DNA of 64,000 nt from the human T2T-CHM13v2.0 reference genome, Homo sapiens. Shown in pieces: positions 22,761-35,960 of this stretch. The stretch's first letter is position 1, and the number at the start of each line of letters is the position of its first letter. The notes below the pieces were generated by a model. The model did no database searches, was not told the origin of the DNA, and was given only the letters and a program-made list of their open reading frames with translations. The translations under genes were made by a program, and so were the position numbers. The stretch lies in assembly GCF_009914755.1 (NCBI RefSeq), contig NC_060931.1. One strand, 5' to 3'.

Positions 22761-23283
22761 ACTTGGTTTCTCTCTTGCTCCCTAATTTGTGAGTTCTCTG
22801 GAGCATTTAACAGGGGTGGATGACACCAGGGAATAATCAATCTTAGCCTAGGACCCTGGTGCAGGAATGAAGATGGAGAGAAAGGATTGGATTTAGTAAA
22901 GATCTGAAAAAATAAATCCAGCTATTCTGGGGGGAATGAGCTGCTTCAACTAATTCTTAGTCCTGTATTCACTTTAGAAGCTAGTCACTTACTGGGTCCT
23001 ACCAAGTCAGTTCTCCAGTGTGGCTTGGTCATTTTCAAGCAGGCTTTGAATTTCTTGGATTTTGGTACTCTTTACATTCAAATATTAACTTTAAAGGCAG
23101 ATATGAGGGAACAACCATTAACAATTGCCTATACATATACAGACAAACACAGACTGAATGGACATTTTTACCCAAGTTTTTTGGAGGACCTGTGCATCCT
23201 ACAATTACATTGGTTAAACTATGTGAAAACAATAATACAATCTAGTTTAAATTTTTTTTCTAATCTCCATTTAAAGAATTAGA

Positions 23284-23462
23284 CTTTCTCTTTCTTCCTT
23301 CCCTCCCACCCTCTCTCCCTTTCTTTTCTTTTCTTTCTTTTCTTTCCTTTCTTTCTTTCTTCCTTTCTTCCTTTCTTTCTTTTTCTTTTCATCTTTCTTT
23401 CCCTCTTTCTCTTTCTTCTCTCTCTCCGTCTCTTTCTTTCTCTCTCTTTCCTTTTCTTCTCT
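23284..23462. repeat. Polypyrimidine low-complexity tract, (TTTC)n/(TC)n
   Basis: ~180 bp almost purely C/T. Confidence 0.95.
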
Positions 23463-26400
23463 GAGTAACATTGATCCTACTAAATTTATTAGACCGTGTT
23501 CTGTTAATTCAGTTACTCTTTAATATAGTAAGAAATAATATGTCTTATGAAAAATTTTAATTCCAGTATGAAGCATAGATAATGGACTATTTATAACATC
23601 TAAATACTAGGTAACGTAAGTGTAATTTTTATTTTAAAAATTATTATTTACATTTTGTATATTATATTTTAATGCTTCTATTTAAAGAGGTAAGCCATGG
23701 ATGTTCTGCAATGATTCTACATTTTCTATGTCTCTAAGTTAAAAGTGCCTTGCAGTCTTCTAATTTGGGATCCCTGTTAAGCAGTTTTCTTGCATTTAGT
23801 TTTCCACCACAGTGCTTAGTTCCTGGTTTCTTTATCCAGGATGACAATTACTATGGCATAGTTCATGTTCTTTGCATTAGAAATCAGTGCCAATATAAAC
23901 CATGACTGATAAAAATGAATGGGACCTACGAACCCAGGGGAACTTTTCTAGAAACATGAAAGTATGGATATGTTTAAAATGTTCTTGACCAAAAGCCTAG
24001 AACTGCAGTGGCAAACTTAGAGAAAATTGTGCCATTGGCCTAAAAATTGTGGGGAGCCTACTAGGAGAGTTTTCTCAAAAGATTCCAAAGGCTTTTATGC
24101 CTTTTAAAACATTTATCTCTTCATCTTCAGTTGCGTAATGAGGAGGAAGAAATTAAAAGTGGTGGAAAGTGAGCAATAGATTTTATTTTAACTTTGATTC
24201 AGAACTATTCAGGTTTTGATTTTAGTTGGTATAGAAATGTGTTCTTAAAGCAATCAGAATATTAGCTGAAGTTAGTGTTAGTGAACCTTGATGGGCAGAG
24301 GTGTTTCTTTTTCATCCTCTTTAATTACCATGGACTTTTAGACGGCCCCTAAAGTGAATTTGGAAGTTTTCAACATTTGGCATTCAAGTTCAGGCCCAGG
24401 GAGGTTATGTGGATGTATAACTTCTGATTCTTGGATGGTGGGTTGATACTGTATATTTTTTAATGGTTACACTTTTCCTTGACTAGTATAAAAGATTTAC
24501 TGTTACAGTTTGTGTGTGGCCAGGCAGTGGCATATGGAAAAGCTGTTTCCTGCTATTTAATTTAATTAGCCCAATCACGTGCCAGCCTTCGGGCATGTCA
24601 CTCTGGACCTCTGAGGCTCTTTGTCTGTCAAGGAGATGAACAATATCTTGGCTTTGTTTGGTTGCTTGGGATGCTGAAGATACAAACCACTGAAATTTTG
24701 ACTGTTTGTTTAACCAAATCTTTGCATTTTTACCATTTGGCTTTGATTTTGTTTTACAAAAAAGGATGACATTTGGCCTTGGGGAAGTGAAAAAGAAATA
24801 TTGAGTAGATGAAGAAGAGCTGTTGCTTTCTATGGCTTAATACAGGATTGAGATGATTATCATTTTATAATCAGGAAGTTTTAGTTTTCTACTATTTTGT
24901 TGGTAAAAACTGAGGACAATTTTCATTGCATCACTTTAGCCCTAAACTTAGCTGACAAACTGTCATTCTAATTCAAGCCTTCTTCTTTGGTTCATGTGTG
25001 TATTTTTGTGTGATTTTCTTCATCTTGCCAAATCTCGAAATCTTTCAGTGAATTCATTGTTGAAAAAGAAAATATTTTGTTTCGTTTTTGAATTAGAATA
25101 TTCCAGTTTGGTCTTGTTTTCATAAAAAAGATGGTGATTAATACATTTAGGCACCTTCAGAATTGTTCTCAATATTTTAGCCTTTCTTTTAAAGTTAAAG
25201 TACTTTTAAAACTTTTTTCTTTTATAGTCAATATGTTCAGTTTTTAAAAATTATCTTTAACAATATTTGTTATTATTATATTTCTTTAGTTTCAAAGCTT
25301 TAAAATTAATAAAGAACATTTGAAGAAAAACAGAAGATTTGAAAATATATGCTACAGTATAGGAACTTGATTTGCAATAAGGACTTCTGCCTAAATTTCC
25401 AGCAGAATTAACAGCAACTTCCATGAGTCAAAGTTACTTGTCCCAGGTGATCAATTTCTTTGAACATCCAGATTTTAAAATTAGTTGTCCCAGATTTGAG
25501 GTTCTTAACCAATTATAGATACATGCACAGTTTAGAACTTCAAGAAGATGTGCCCATGGACTTAATCCTGCACTAAGAAAGTTAGATTAAGTCACACAGA
25601 GCATCCATTCCATATGAGCTACTGTCCCAGGTGCCAAGATATCGCCCCACCCTCTGACATCTCTTGGCCTTTGGAGTAACCCATAGGACCTATACTGAAT
25701 AAATGACAATCTGTCCCAAAGAAAATATCCTTTGTCTAACGCTAATAGAACCATTGCTTCTCAGTAGATTGGGATTTTTTAAGCAAATTATTATCTATTT
25801 CATTTTGATAAACTTTGCAAGAAAAGCCCTTACCTCTAATTGCATTTTTAAATTTAGAATAAAAGGTTAAATTTATTAAGAAAAGGAAATGAAAACCTAA
25901 AAATTTAAATTCTCTTTACCAACACAATTCTCAGAACATAATTTACATTCACAATACAGACATTTAAAATGACCTTATAATATAGTTTCCACATGCAAAG
26001 TATAAATCTTACTTACAAACCTATGATCTGCATAGATTTTGCATTTTGTTTAAGGGCAAGTAAACAATCAATAACAAAGAGAACATTGTGCTTTTTCTCT
26101 TCTAATGCTTTCTATCATCATTTCTTCTGTGTAATTGTACTTAAAACTTCAATCATTGTATCCATTTTGGGATTCATTATTGTAATTTATAGTTCTTTGT
26201 GTATGATTAATTTTTCATTTTTATTTTCCTTATATGTATAGAGCGTGATATTTCTGAGGGTACACACATGCCTACACACATTCACACTCACTCTACATAT
26301 TGATTTTAGAATAAAGTTGTATCCATCCAAGAAAATTTGTTTTGCTGGTAACTTTTAAAGAATGAATATATTTTTAATATTGGGAAACACCCATGTTCTC

Positions 26401-26569
26401 TAAATAAAATATAGCCATGGCAGAAATGCAGTCCTTTTTTTTATAAAGGTCTTTTTTTTCACTATTGATGTTTTGTTGAAAATGTTATAAAGTATAACAA
26501 GACTAAAGGTTGAAATCAAATTAATCGTGAGGTGACAGTTAATTCAGAAATAGAGATCTTAAAAATTTT

Positions 26570-26840
<271 letters not shown>

Positions 26841-27805
26841 TTATTTGTTAGCCAAACATAAGGCCCTAGAATATAGGTATTAAAATGGTACAACCTTGTT
26901 TCTGCTAGAAAATGTAATCCTTGTGAAATTCTGAACTTTTCTTTTTTTTACAAAAAACGAATAACAATAGTGAAAGTAATTGTGCAATTTCAAATAGAGA
27001 TTTAGAAACAGCAAGGTGTATAGAAAAAGTCCTTATAATTAAACTTACAAATTAATTTGGCTTGTAGTAAACATTACTCCAAATTTTATTTGCACATTGT
27101 CCTAAAATTCTAAATGAAAAAAATAAAAAATACAGTGTCGTTTGTGCCACTATGGTCAAAATATATATAAAGCACAAAACCTGCACCAGTCTTGATCAAG
27201 ATCTTCCAGCTTCTAAGTTGCAGAACTGTGATCAAAACCTACATCCAGTTCCATGTTCTTTCCATTAAACATCGCTACTTCTGAGCAGAACCCACAGTTC
27301 AGCAAAGGGTTTGACATCTTGTCCCTGGTTCTTCTAAAGACTGAAAGTAGGAAGGATCTTTACTTCCCTACACTACAGTTTCATGACCTCTGTTATCCAC
27401 TGGGTTACTTTGAGGAACAGCTTCCGCTGATAATTGTAATAGTTTATTTTTTGTTTGTTTTATGATAATGGACAAAATTTATTGAAGCGCTTGCTTACTT
27501 CTTATAGGTATATTGAGTGAGCTGTTGTATTTTTTCACTCAAAATGGAAAGATAGTGCTGGCAGAAACCAATCTTTACATTGTTTTATTTCAACTCTGCT
27601 TGTTAACAAACTGGAGGCATCAAAGTCTGAGATATTGGGAGTTGAGTTTTCTACGTGTAATTTCTATGATATGCTTCCATTTTTCAAACTTTTTTAATTT
27701 TCAAGTTTTATTTACTCTAAAATAAAACTAAGAATACTTAACTCATGAAGACCAGAAAACAATATTTGATCCATCTTACTTTTTAAAATCAAAACTATCA
27801 TGTTA

Positions 27806-28096
27806 GACCAGGCGCAGTGGCTCACACCAATAATCCCAGCCCTTTGGGAGGACAAAATGAGCTGATCACTTGAGCCCAGGAGTTCAAGACCAGCCTAAGT
27901 AGCATGGCAAAATCCCATCTCTACAAAAAAATACAAGAATAAGCCATGTGTGATGGTGCATGCCTGTAGTCCCATCTACTTCAGAGGCTGAGGTAGGAGA
28001 GTCACTTGAGCCTGGAGGCGGAGATTGCAGTGAACCTATCATCCCACTGCACTCCAGCCTGGCAACAGAGCCAGACCCTATCTCAAAAAAAAAAAA
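27806..28096 (+). mobile_element. AluJ, full length
   Basis: J-type ttgagcccaggagttcaagaccagcct; both arms present; A12 tail. Confidence 0.9.
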
Positions 28097-28188
28097 GTAA
28101 GAATATTTAACTCATGAGGACCAGAAAACAATATTTGATCCATTTTACTGACAACAAAAACTTTCTTTTCATCAAAACTATCCTGTTA

Positions 28189-28326
28189 GGCCAGGTGCAG
28201 TGGCTCACACCTACAATCCCAGCACTTTGGGAGGACAAGGTGGGCAGATTGCTTGAGCCCAGGAGTTCAAGACCAACCTGAGGTGCAACAACTCACAAAC
28301 AAACAAACAAACAAACAAACAAACAA
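28189..28326 (+). mobile_element. Alu left-arm fragment (AluJ/FLAM-like) with (CAAA)n tail
   Basis: ggccaggtgcagtggctcacacc...gagcccaggagttcaagaccaacctg followed by ~7 CAAA units. Confidence 0.85.
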
Positions 28327-31300
28327 TAAAACTATACTGAAAAGGCTTTAATACACCAACTGATAACTTTTAGATGGTTTAAAGGCATCTTCTGATGAAC
28401 TGTGTCCTAATGAGTGTGAATGGATACCTTTGAGCAAGGTACCCAGATTTAAAATGACATATCTCTTAATTTTAAACGTAAGATCAAGGTCCTAAAATTT
28501 GATATAGACTAATTATTCTTCAACAGCTTGGGAACTTTATTTCCTACCCCAAGAGACAGTTGGTTTATGAAGTAACCCCCTACACACAATATATATACAC
28601 ATATATTTATATGTATATGTATATTTATGAGTGAACTTTTTTCTTTGCACACTTTTCCTAATGGTGTCATGGAAAACTCCCCTCCACCTAAGTTATGTTC
28701 TAAAGCCAATCTTCTAGTTTTTTATCACATCATTTCTCTTGATTTTAAACATTTGAAATTTGAAGGAAAATGGTTTCTTCTGTAACATGATCCTCTCTAT
28801 TCAGTTTTATGTGGTTTTCTTTTCCTTGTTACTTTTCCTCCTCAAGGTCCTCCCACTTTTTTGTTGTTAAATAAAATTCGTCTGAATCTCTCTTTGAAGA
28901 TAATTTATGGAGAGAAACTGTCCTCCACCCTCACTGTGGCTTACCACAACCTCTAGAAAGGTTAGTTGGAGTACACTGAAATAAAAAAAGACTGTCAAAC
29001 AGCAGTTCTCTAGCTATGGAATCTACTGGTGTTTTGCTGGAAAGCTCATAAAATGAAGTGTCATTATGCACTGTGCTATACCATCCATTGTGTGTTCTAA
29101 CTATATCACTCCCTTTTCCACTTACCCATGGGAAGCAGCTTACCCAACCAGTCTGGCCTATGTGATGGAGAAGCAAAGATCTGAAGAGCCAGTTTTTTTT
29201 TTGTTCTTGGCCAGCTATACAATTTCTAGGTGTTCTATGCCTCAGTTTCCTCATTTGTTAATTGAAAGTGTTAATCCTGATCTTCATCGAAAGACTATGG
29301 TTTGCTCACCCATGCTGACATGTAAAGATGACATATAGCCACAGCTTTCTTGACAGTTATCAGGAAGACAGACCAATATTGAATGACCATCTTAGTTTTA
29401 AAAATTATTTTTCTTTTATGTTCATATAATTTCCTTTAAAATTCTAACTAGTAGAAAAAAGATTTGTTCAGTGTTTAAGAAAATGTCAAGTGAATGCTGA
29501 TTTACTATTTTTGAACTAGAATTGGCAAATAGATTTCCTCCTAAGGGGGGTGGGGTGAGATGGAAGAAACATTCTATGCGACAGAGTTTTTGATATTCCT
29601 CAGGAATGAAAATAACCTAACTAAATTAGTCATAAAATATATGCAGAAATAGCGTGTGCCAGTATTTAAAGTTTAAACACTATTAAAAATAGTGTAGAAT
29701 GGCAAAATTTTATTGTTGGTAGGAATGTTAGATAATGACAACAATAACAACAATGAAAGGTAGTAGGGATTGAAAGCTAATTAATTGCCAAACACCATAC
29801 CCAGTAATTTATGTTTATCATTTAATCACCATTTCATATTTACCAAAGAAAAAATGAAGACTTCAGTGTGGTAAAGCAGAAGTCATACATCTGAACTATG
29901 ATAGAGCTCAGATTCCATCCCTGATCCATATCCAGAAAGGTTGAGAGGCTGGCTTGGAGTCTCAGTCAATTTGTGGTGATACAGTAACAGACACTCAGGT
30001 CTGACTCATAAACTATTCAATGTAACTTCAAAATACAGTACTTTCAACATCAAATCAGAAAAGCCATTTGCTACTATGCTAACTTTTCAACCAAGTCTTC
30101 TTTACTCCCTCCAATTATTTTCATGGTAATGTTCCAGCACTTGTAGAAAGCAAAGGCAAAGATGGAATGTGAAAAACTCCTATCAGTCAGGAAGTCACTG
30201 TATGGATGGCTTCACAGTTGTGGCCCTGCTTTTTTCCTTCATACTAAACACATGTCTTAGCATTTTTAATTCTTCTATTCATCTCTAGTTCATAAAGCTT
30301 ACATCTTGTGGTCATGGCTTGGAAGACTACAAATGTCATTTATGAAATCCCCAACTCTTCCATTCTTATATTACATACTTGATGTGGAATTTGCCTTATG
30401 TATTAATGTTTTAAAGTCTAAATATATATTCATTCCCTTCACCTCTTAGAATATCTAGAGAAACACGAATTTAGATATATAGCCTGGCATAAATTCTTCA
30501 CAAATGGCTGAAGTCTCTTTAACCTACCTGGTGGATTCTGAAATTTTAACTCTGTCAACATTTATACAAAACTTTTTCCTCTTCTCCGTACATAGTTATA
30601 GTAAAACACTATGTTTAAAAGAATGGTTGGAATCCTCTCACCTTCATATGTAAAAATCCTCATAAAATAATTCAACTAATCTAACATAAACCTTCATTTC
30701 TTTAATTGCTTATCACACATCAGAATGTGCAAGGCATTATTTTAAATATTGGACATGGTCCCGCCTGGCTCCAATAAGCTTATAACCTGATAAGAAGAGG
30801 GTAAATTATACATATATAAAATTATTAGATAAAAGATGTTAGGTACTACATGATAGGAACAGATACAGTATGCTTTGAGAGTTCATATTTTTATAATTGT
30901 TTAAAGTCTGAATTTTCCAAGTACCATGTGCTTTACATAAATATAAATAGTTAATAAACATTTATGCTTTCTAATCCTATCAAAATTCTTAGTGTAGCTT
31001 CTTAATGTTATTTCTGTATATACACATTTCCTAGGGCAACACATTTTCCAGCATAGGCAATAAGCTGTTCAATATGTAACATAAGCTAGTAAATAGTACA
31101 ACCGATTTAAGTAGGTACCATTTAAATAAATCTTCTACTCAATGCACTGGCCATGCCAGATCCCTTTATGTGTATTTGCTTGCAAAACCACAAACTAGTT
31201 TACTCTTCTTGAAATAACAGATATTCAAAGGTGTATGATATAATTTACAACAATATTTTTATGTTATAATTGATACTATCATAGAACCCTCATTGATGGG

Positions 31301-34300
31301 AAATAAATGTCTATATTGGGATAAATAACATCTATACTTTTCAAAAGTCCTTCAGTGAATTTTGCATTCTTTTATTTTTCACATCTCCGGGTATAGTAGT
31401 AGATGCAGGACATCATTATTTTGGCAATATTCAGGTATCTTTGATATTCACTATGGAATAAATTATTTCAACATATCGAGAACAGATCCAAGGAGGTGAC
31501 CTCAAAGACCTGAAGGTTAATTAATGGACTAGGCTATCCTGACTCAAAATGAATAGGAATTCAGAAAGGGAAGAAGAGGGAAAGCTGTGTATTTCTGCAG
31601 GGATTCATGACTAGTTAGATGGACATATTTTATTATGTTTTTTCACAAGGGAAACATTTTTCTTCATTGTATATTGAGGTGTGGTCTCTTATAATAAAGA
31701 TTGTTTTAGTCTTTACCCAATAAATTTTCCACAGTATCTGGTATAAACTCTGGCTAGATAACTTTTTACTTTATAGAATTTTTCCCTAATGTAATGTGTG
31801 AAGGAGTGAGGTAGCTATCAGATTTCCATTTATAAGCTAACTGAAAACATGGAAACTCCACAAACAGCCCATATAACCTGAAAATTGAGCAAAATGACTA
31901 TATATACACACACACACTTATATATGAGCTATGTCTATATGTGTGTGTATTATTTAGAATACTATTTTTCTATACATCAGTTTGTTCTACTCCATTACTC
32001 TTTTAGTTTTCAACAAGTGGAATAAAAAATAGGATTTCAAAAGCAATATCATAAAGAATAATATTCTCAGAGAGCAAGAAATGATGGAGGAAAAATGCTG
32101 TTTTATAAAGCTCAGTCTGTTTAGTCTAGCCTTAGTTTGACTGCTGACACCGGGAATGCATTTCTAAACTTCTAAATGATGAAGGTTCCATTTCTAGTAT
32201 ATTTATATACAAATTTTATGAATAATGTGCAAATTTACAAAAGATGATTTGCTTTACTCCAATTCCAGTGACATTTTCCAACCAATTATTTTAGAAATAT
32301 TTTTACATATGCCCTCTATATTGCTGATAAAAGCTGACTCCTGAAGGTTACATGTTTATTCTCTAATAGTTTTCATTTTCCAATTTTGATACTGACTTCT
32401 GGGTTCACTTATAGTTGGCACATCCTTTTTTTCCTGTTTACTTCTTTGTAAACCTTCTTCCAATACACAATTACCCACCCCACATGTCTTTTCAAATAGG
32501 AGATAATTGGTTAGACAAGTAGATCCTACTGTTTCCACCGAAAAACTAGAAGAAGCACACATTCACGGGAAATGTCTTTAAGTTTATCTTTAAATTGGAG
32601 CAGGGCAGAGGTCACTAGCTGAAAGGAAGTCAAAATGACAAGGACCCTAATGGTTACAGAGAAAGGTTAAGACAAGTAAATATCTTTCCATGAGACACTT
32701 GGGCTGTTGTTAGCTACCTGGCAAAAACCATTTTCCACTGAAATAAGTTAAAATATCACTAACTTAGAAAAAGTAAAGGAAAGACAGTTTAACTTAATGG
32801 AAGTTTTAATTATAGTCTACTTTAAAAGTGATTTAACTTTATTGCTTCTGAACCTGTATTCTGTCACATAAATTAAAACTACCAAATGGGAGCAGATAAA
32901 TTAAAAATACAGTTTACAAAGACTTACGTTGAAAAATAACTTACAAACATACACACCATTAAAACATTAAAATGGGTTGCTAGAGACTGGCCTAACCTTG
33001 GAGAAGAAATCCTGGATTTGGATTTGGGGGAGCTTTCTTTTCTAAACATTATTGCAACTTCCAAATGAATACATTATTTCCCTCCCACCGTAGGATAAAT
33101 AATGAGTTTAAACTAAGACATGGGAGACAGAGAGAGATTTTAGGTACTACAGCCTTCCTTACAATTTTCAAAATTCAGAAACGCCCATTGGCTTTTCTAG
33201 TAGGATATGGCTAAGAAACAATGTCACAAGGGTCAATGGTAATTGCTGCAGAGGATCTAGTCTGAGAGGAATGATTTAAAGGCAAAGAGGAAGAAAAATG
33301 ATTATAACCAAACAGTCCCTTTAGGAATGTTTTAGGAATATATTAAAAGTTCTCTTAATCAAGAAATTTCTCTTAACCAGATAGTGCCTGATATTCTTGG
33401 AGATTTTCAAACTAAAGGTAAAGTTTTGTTGGCTTACGGTTTTACAGCAATGTTGTTTCTAACTGGTTTTATGCAACCACAGTAGCAACAAGGCCTAGTG
33501 CTTAGCATGATGGATTTATGGTCCATTTTGGGCTTACGGCCATTAGGATCACTAGCAGCCTAGTTTCCCTTTGATTTAAACAGGATATCATTGGTTTGGT
33601 TGGTGGCATATTTCTTCTGTGGCTATGGTTGGCTTAAAATAAGCATTTTTGGTGTACTTGTCAACTGTATCTAGGGAGAGGGAATAATCCAAATTGTCCA
33701 AATTTTATTAAGAAAAGAAATCACATTCTTGCATATATCTATAAGTCAGGACACAAATTCCATTATGATGTGTAGAAGGTATTCTTCCATGGGTAATTTT
33801 ATGCCTTAAATCAAGATTTATTGACATCAAGCAGTGGTGTTTCATCAAATGGCCTAAGCATCCTTGGGAAAGGAACAGAGGCGGTGACTGTAGAATGAGG
33901 CACAAAGTTTGTTGAGCAGTCCCACTGGTTCATTTCCAGACAGCATATTGCTGCTTGTCTCTCAACCCTTTTTGCAAGAGCCCCCTCATCTGATGGTAAC
34001 TAAAGAGGTTTTTATCCATATTTTATATTCCTGAGTGTTAGATGTGAACTTTGAGTAGATAAAGTGAAGAGATATTACTGGTTATAATACGCCAAGATGC
34101 AACGACTGCAATTTGCATTTATGAAACTAAAATATTTGTAAATTATATCCCATAACTGTTCATAGGTTATATGATAGGTGTATACGTATATTTTGGTTTT
34201 GTTTTGGCAGAGGCTGGTATTTTTAAACTTTGACTCTCCTTTGCAGAGATTGATGCTGAAAAGGTGTCTGTGAGCATAACTTTTTTAGCCAATCCATCTT

Positions 34301-35799
34301 TTGTGGGACAACAATCCCTGCCAGACATTTCTTTAATGTTTGGCACAATCTATGTCCCTGTTTCTTTTCTGGAATTAGAGCTCTTTTTTTATTCTTTCTG
34401 CTGTTCTGAAAATGAGAAGCAGCCGCCTTTCTATTTTCACCAGGGTCAAATTGCTAAAGTACCATTTATTTTTTTTAAATGTGGCTATAGTACACATTGT
34501 GCATGAATTTATTCATAGAAAAGAGAAGTCTAATTATTTTGAGAGAAAATCCTCTCGAAATTTGAATAAAGACAGGACAAAGTAACCAATTTTGCAAACA
34601 AGACGTACGGCATGCAACTAGCACATTTTGGCATTATGCCTTTTTTCTGTACAATATTAAAAGATATATTAGATTTGATAATAGAGTTGCTTAATGTCCT
34701 TTATGGAATTTGCCTCTCCTCACTCAGAAACAAAAGCATATTTCTGTTTGATCATATACCTTGCGATTATAGTTTTCCACTAAGGGATTGTAGGGAAAAC
34801 AAAAAAAACTAATATTATCAGATGTCTGTTTAATGTATATTTATAAATAACTTCTGTGGAATTCTTCTGTCTTGGAAAATTCTGAGCAAAATGCTAATTT
34901 TATTTGCTTTGCAGTATTTACACATGCATAGAAGGTCTTTTCTTAACTCTGAATGAAACCCATCTAATTAATGATGAAGAAAAAGTGTCTGAGACGGTGC
35001 ATTCAGGAGATAGGAGACATGGCAAACCACTGAGAGCAATTTGTGCACTCAAGTTTATGTTCTGCATAAGAGGGTTACCTGCTACTTCCTAACAAAAAAA
35101 TTATTTGCAATTTAAGTATTTAACATGTCCTCATTAATGCTAACAGACAATAATCCAGAAGTTTAAATATGTTTTACCAAAACTTTTCTGAGAGGTTGGT
35201 GGGTCACTTTGTATTGCTCTTTCTGATCTTATATTCATTTAAGTACCAAAGAGTAGAGGGACTTTCGTAAGCAGTATAAAACTAAATTATATGTTGATTT
35301 TTCCGTGGGCTGTTAATGTCTTGTTACCGTGAGGTGGAAAGGGCTGCTTCGTGGTTTCTGGCTTGGTAATATTTGGCTTGTAGGTAAAGGGGAAGAAAAC
35401 ACAGACCACCTGTAACATGAATGTTGACCTCCAATTGCTCTTTAACCAAAATTCCTTTCAGTTATTTCCAAATTTATCTTTGATTAATTTTAACATTTAT
35501 GCATTCTTCACCCTACTCTGTGTGTCATAAATGGCAGTCCTTTAGAATGGATAATGTTCTAAATAAAATTAACCTGTGTGTAATTTTTTTCCACAATAGA
35601 TAGAATTCAAGCTAACATAGACTGCAGTGGTCAAAGAGGAAACCATCAAGATTGCCAATGTGGGGTAGCCCATATTGATCCCAATCAGGTCATATGACCT
35701 TGGCATACCAGAGAAGTCACTAAAGAGTGTCAACAAAAGAGAACAGTCTGTGTAACACAACATAAAGAAAAGAGGGCAGACCCTGCAGTGATCACATCT

Positions 35800-35960
35800 T
35801 GTGTTTGAGACCTGCCTTGGCCACTTACAAGTCTCAAGTTCCTCATCAATGAGATGGAGTTAATAATACCTGTCTCCTGGGGTAAATGGTGAATGAGTCT
35901 CAGAAAAGACAGCATATTTCAGCCCCATTCACAGAGTTAAGGCTTAATGTGATAGCTACA
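35800..35960 (+). mobile_element. MIR
   Basis: gtctcaagttcctcatcaatgagatggagttaataatacct (MIR core). Confidence 0.65.

Noticed and set aside
23271-23471. Lys/Glu/Arg-rich 66-aa ORF
   Set aside because: Translation of the (TTTC)n low-complexity tract.
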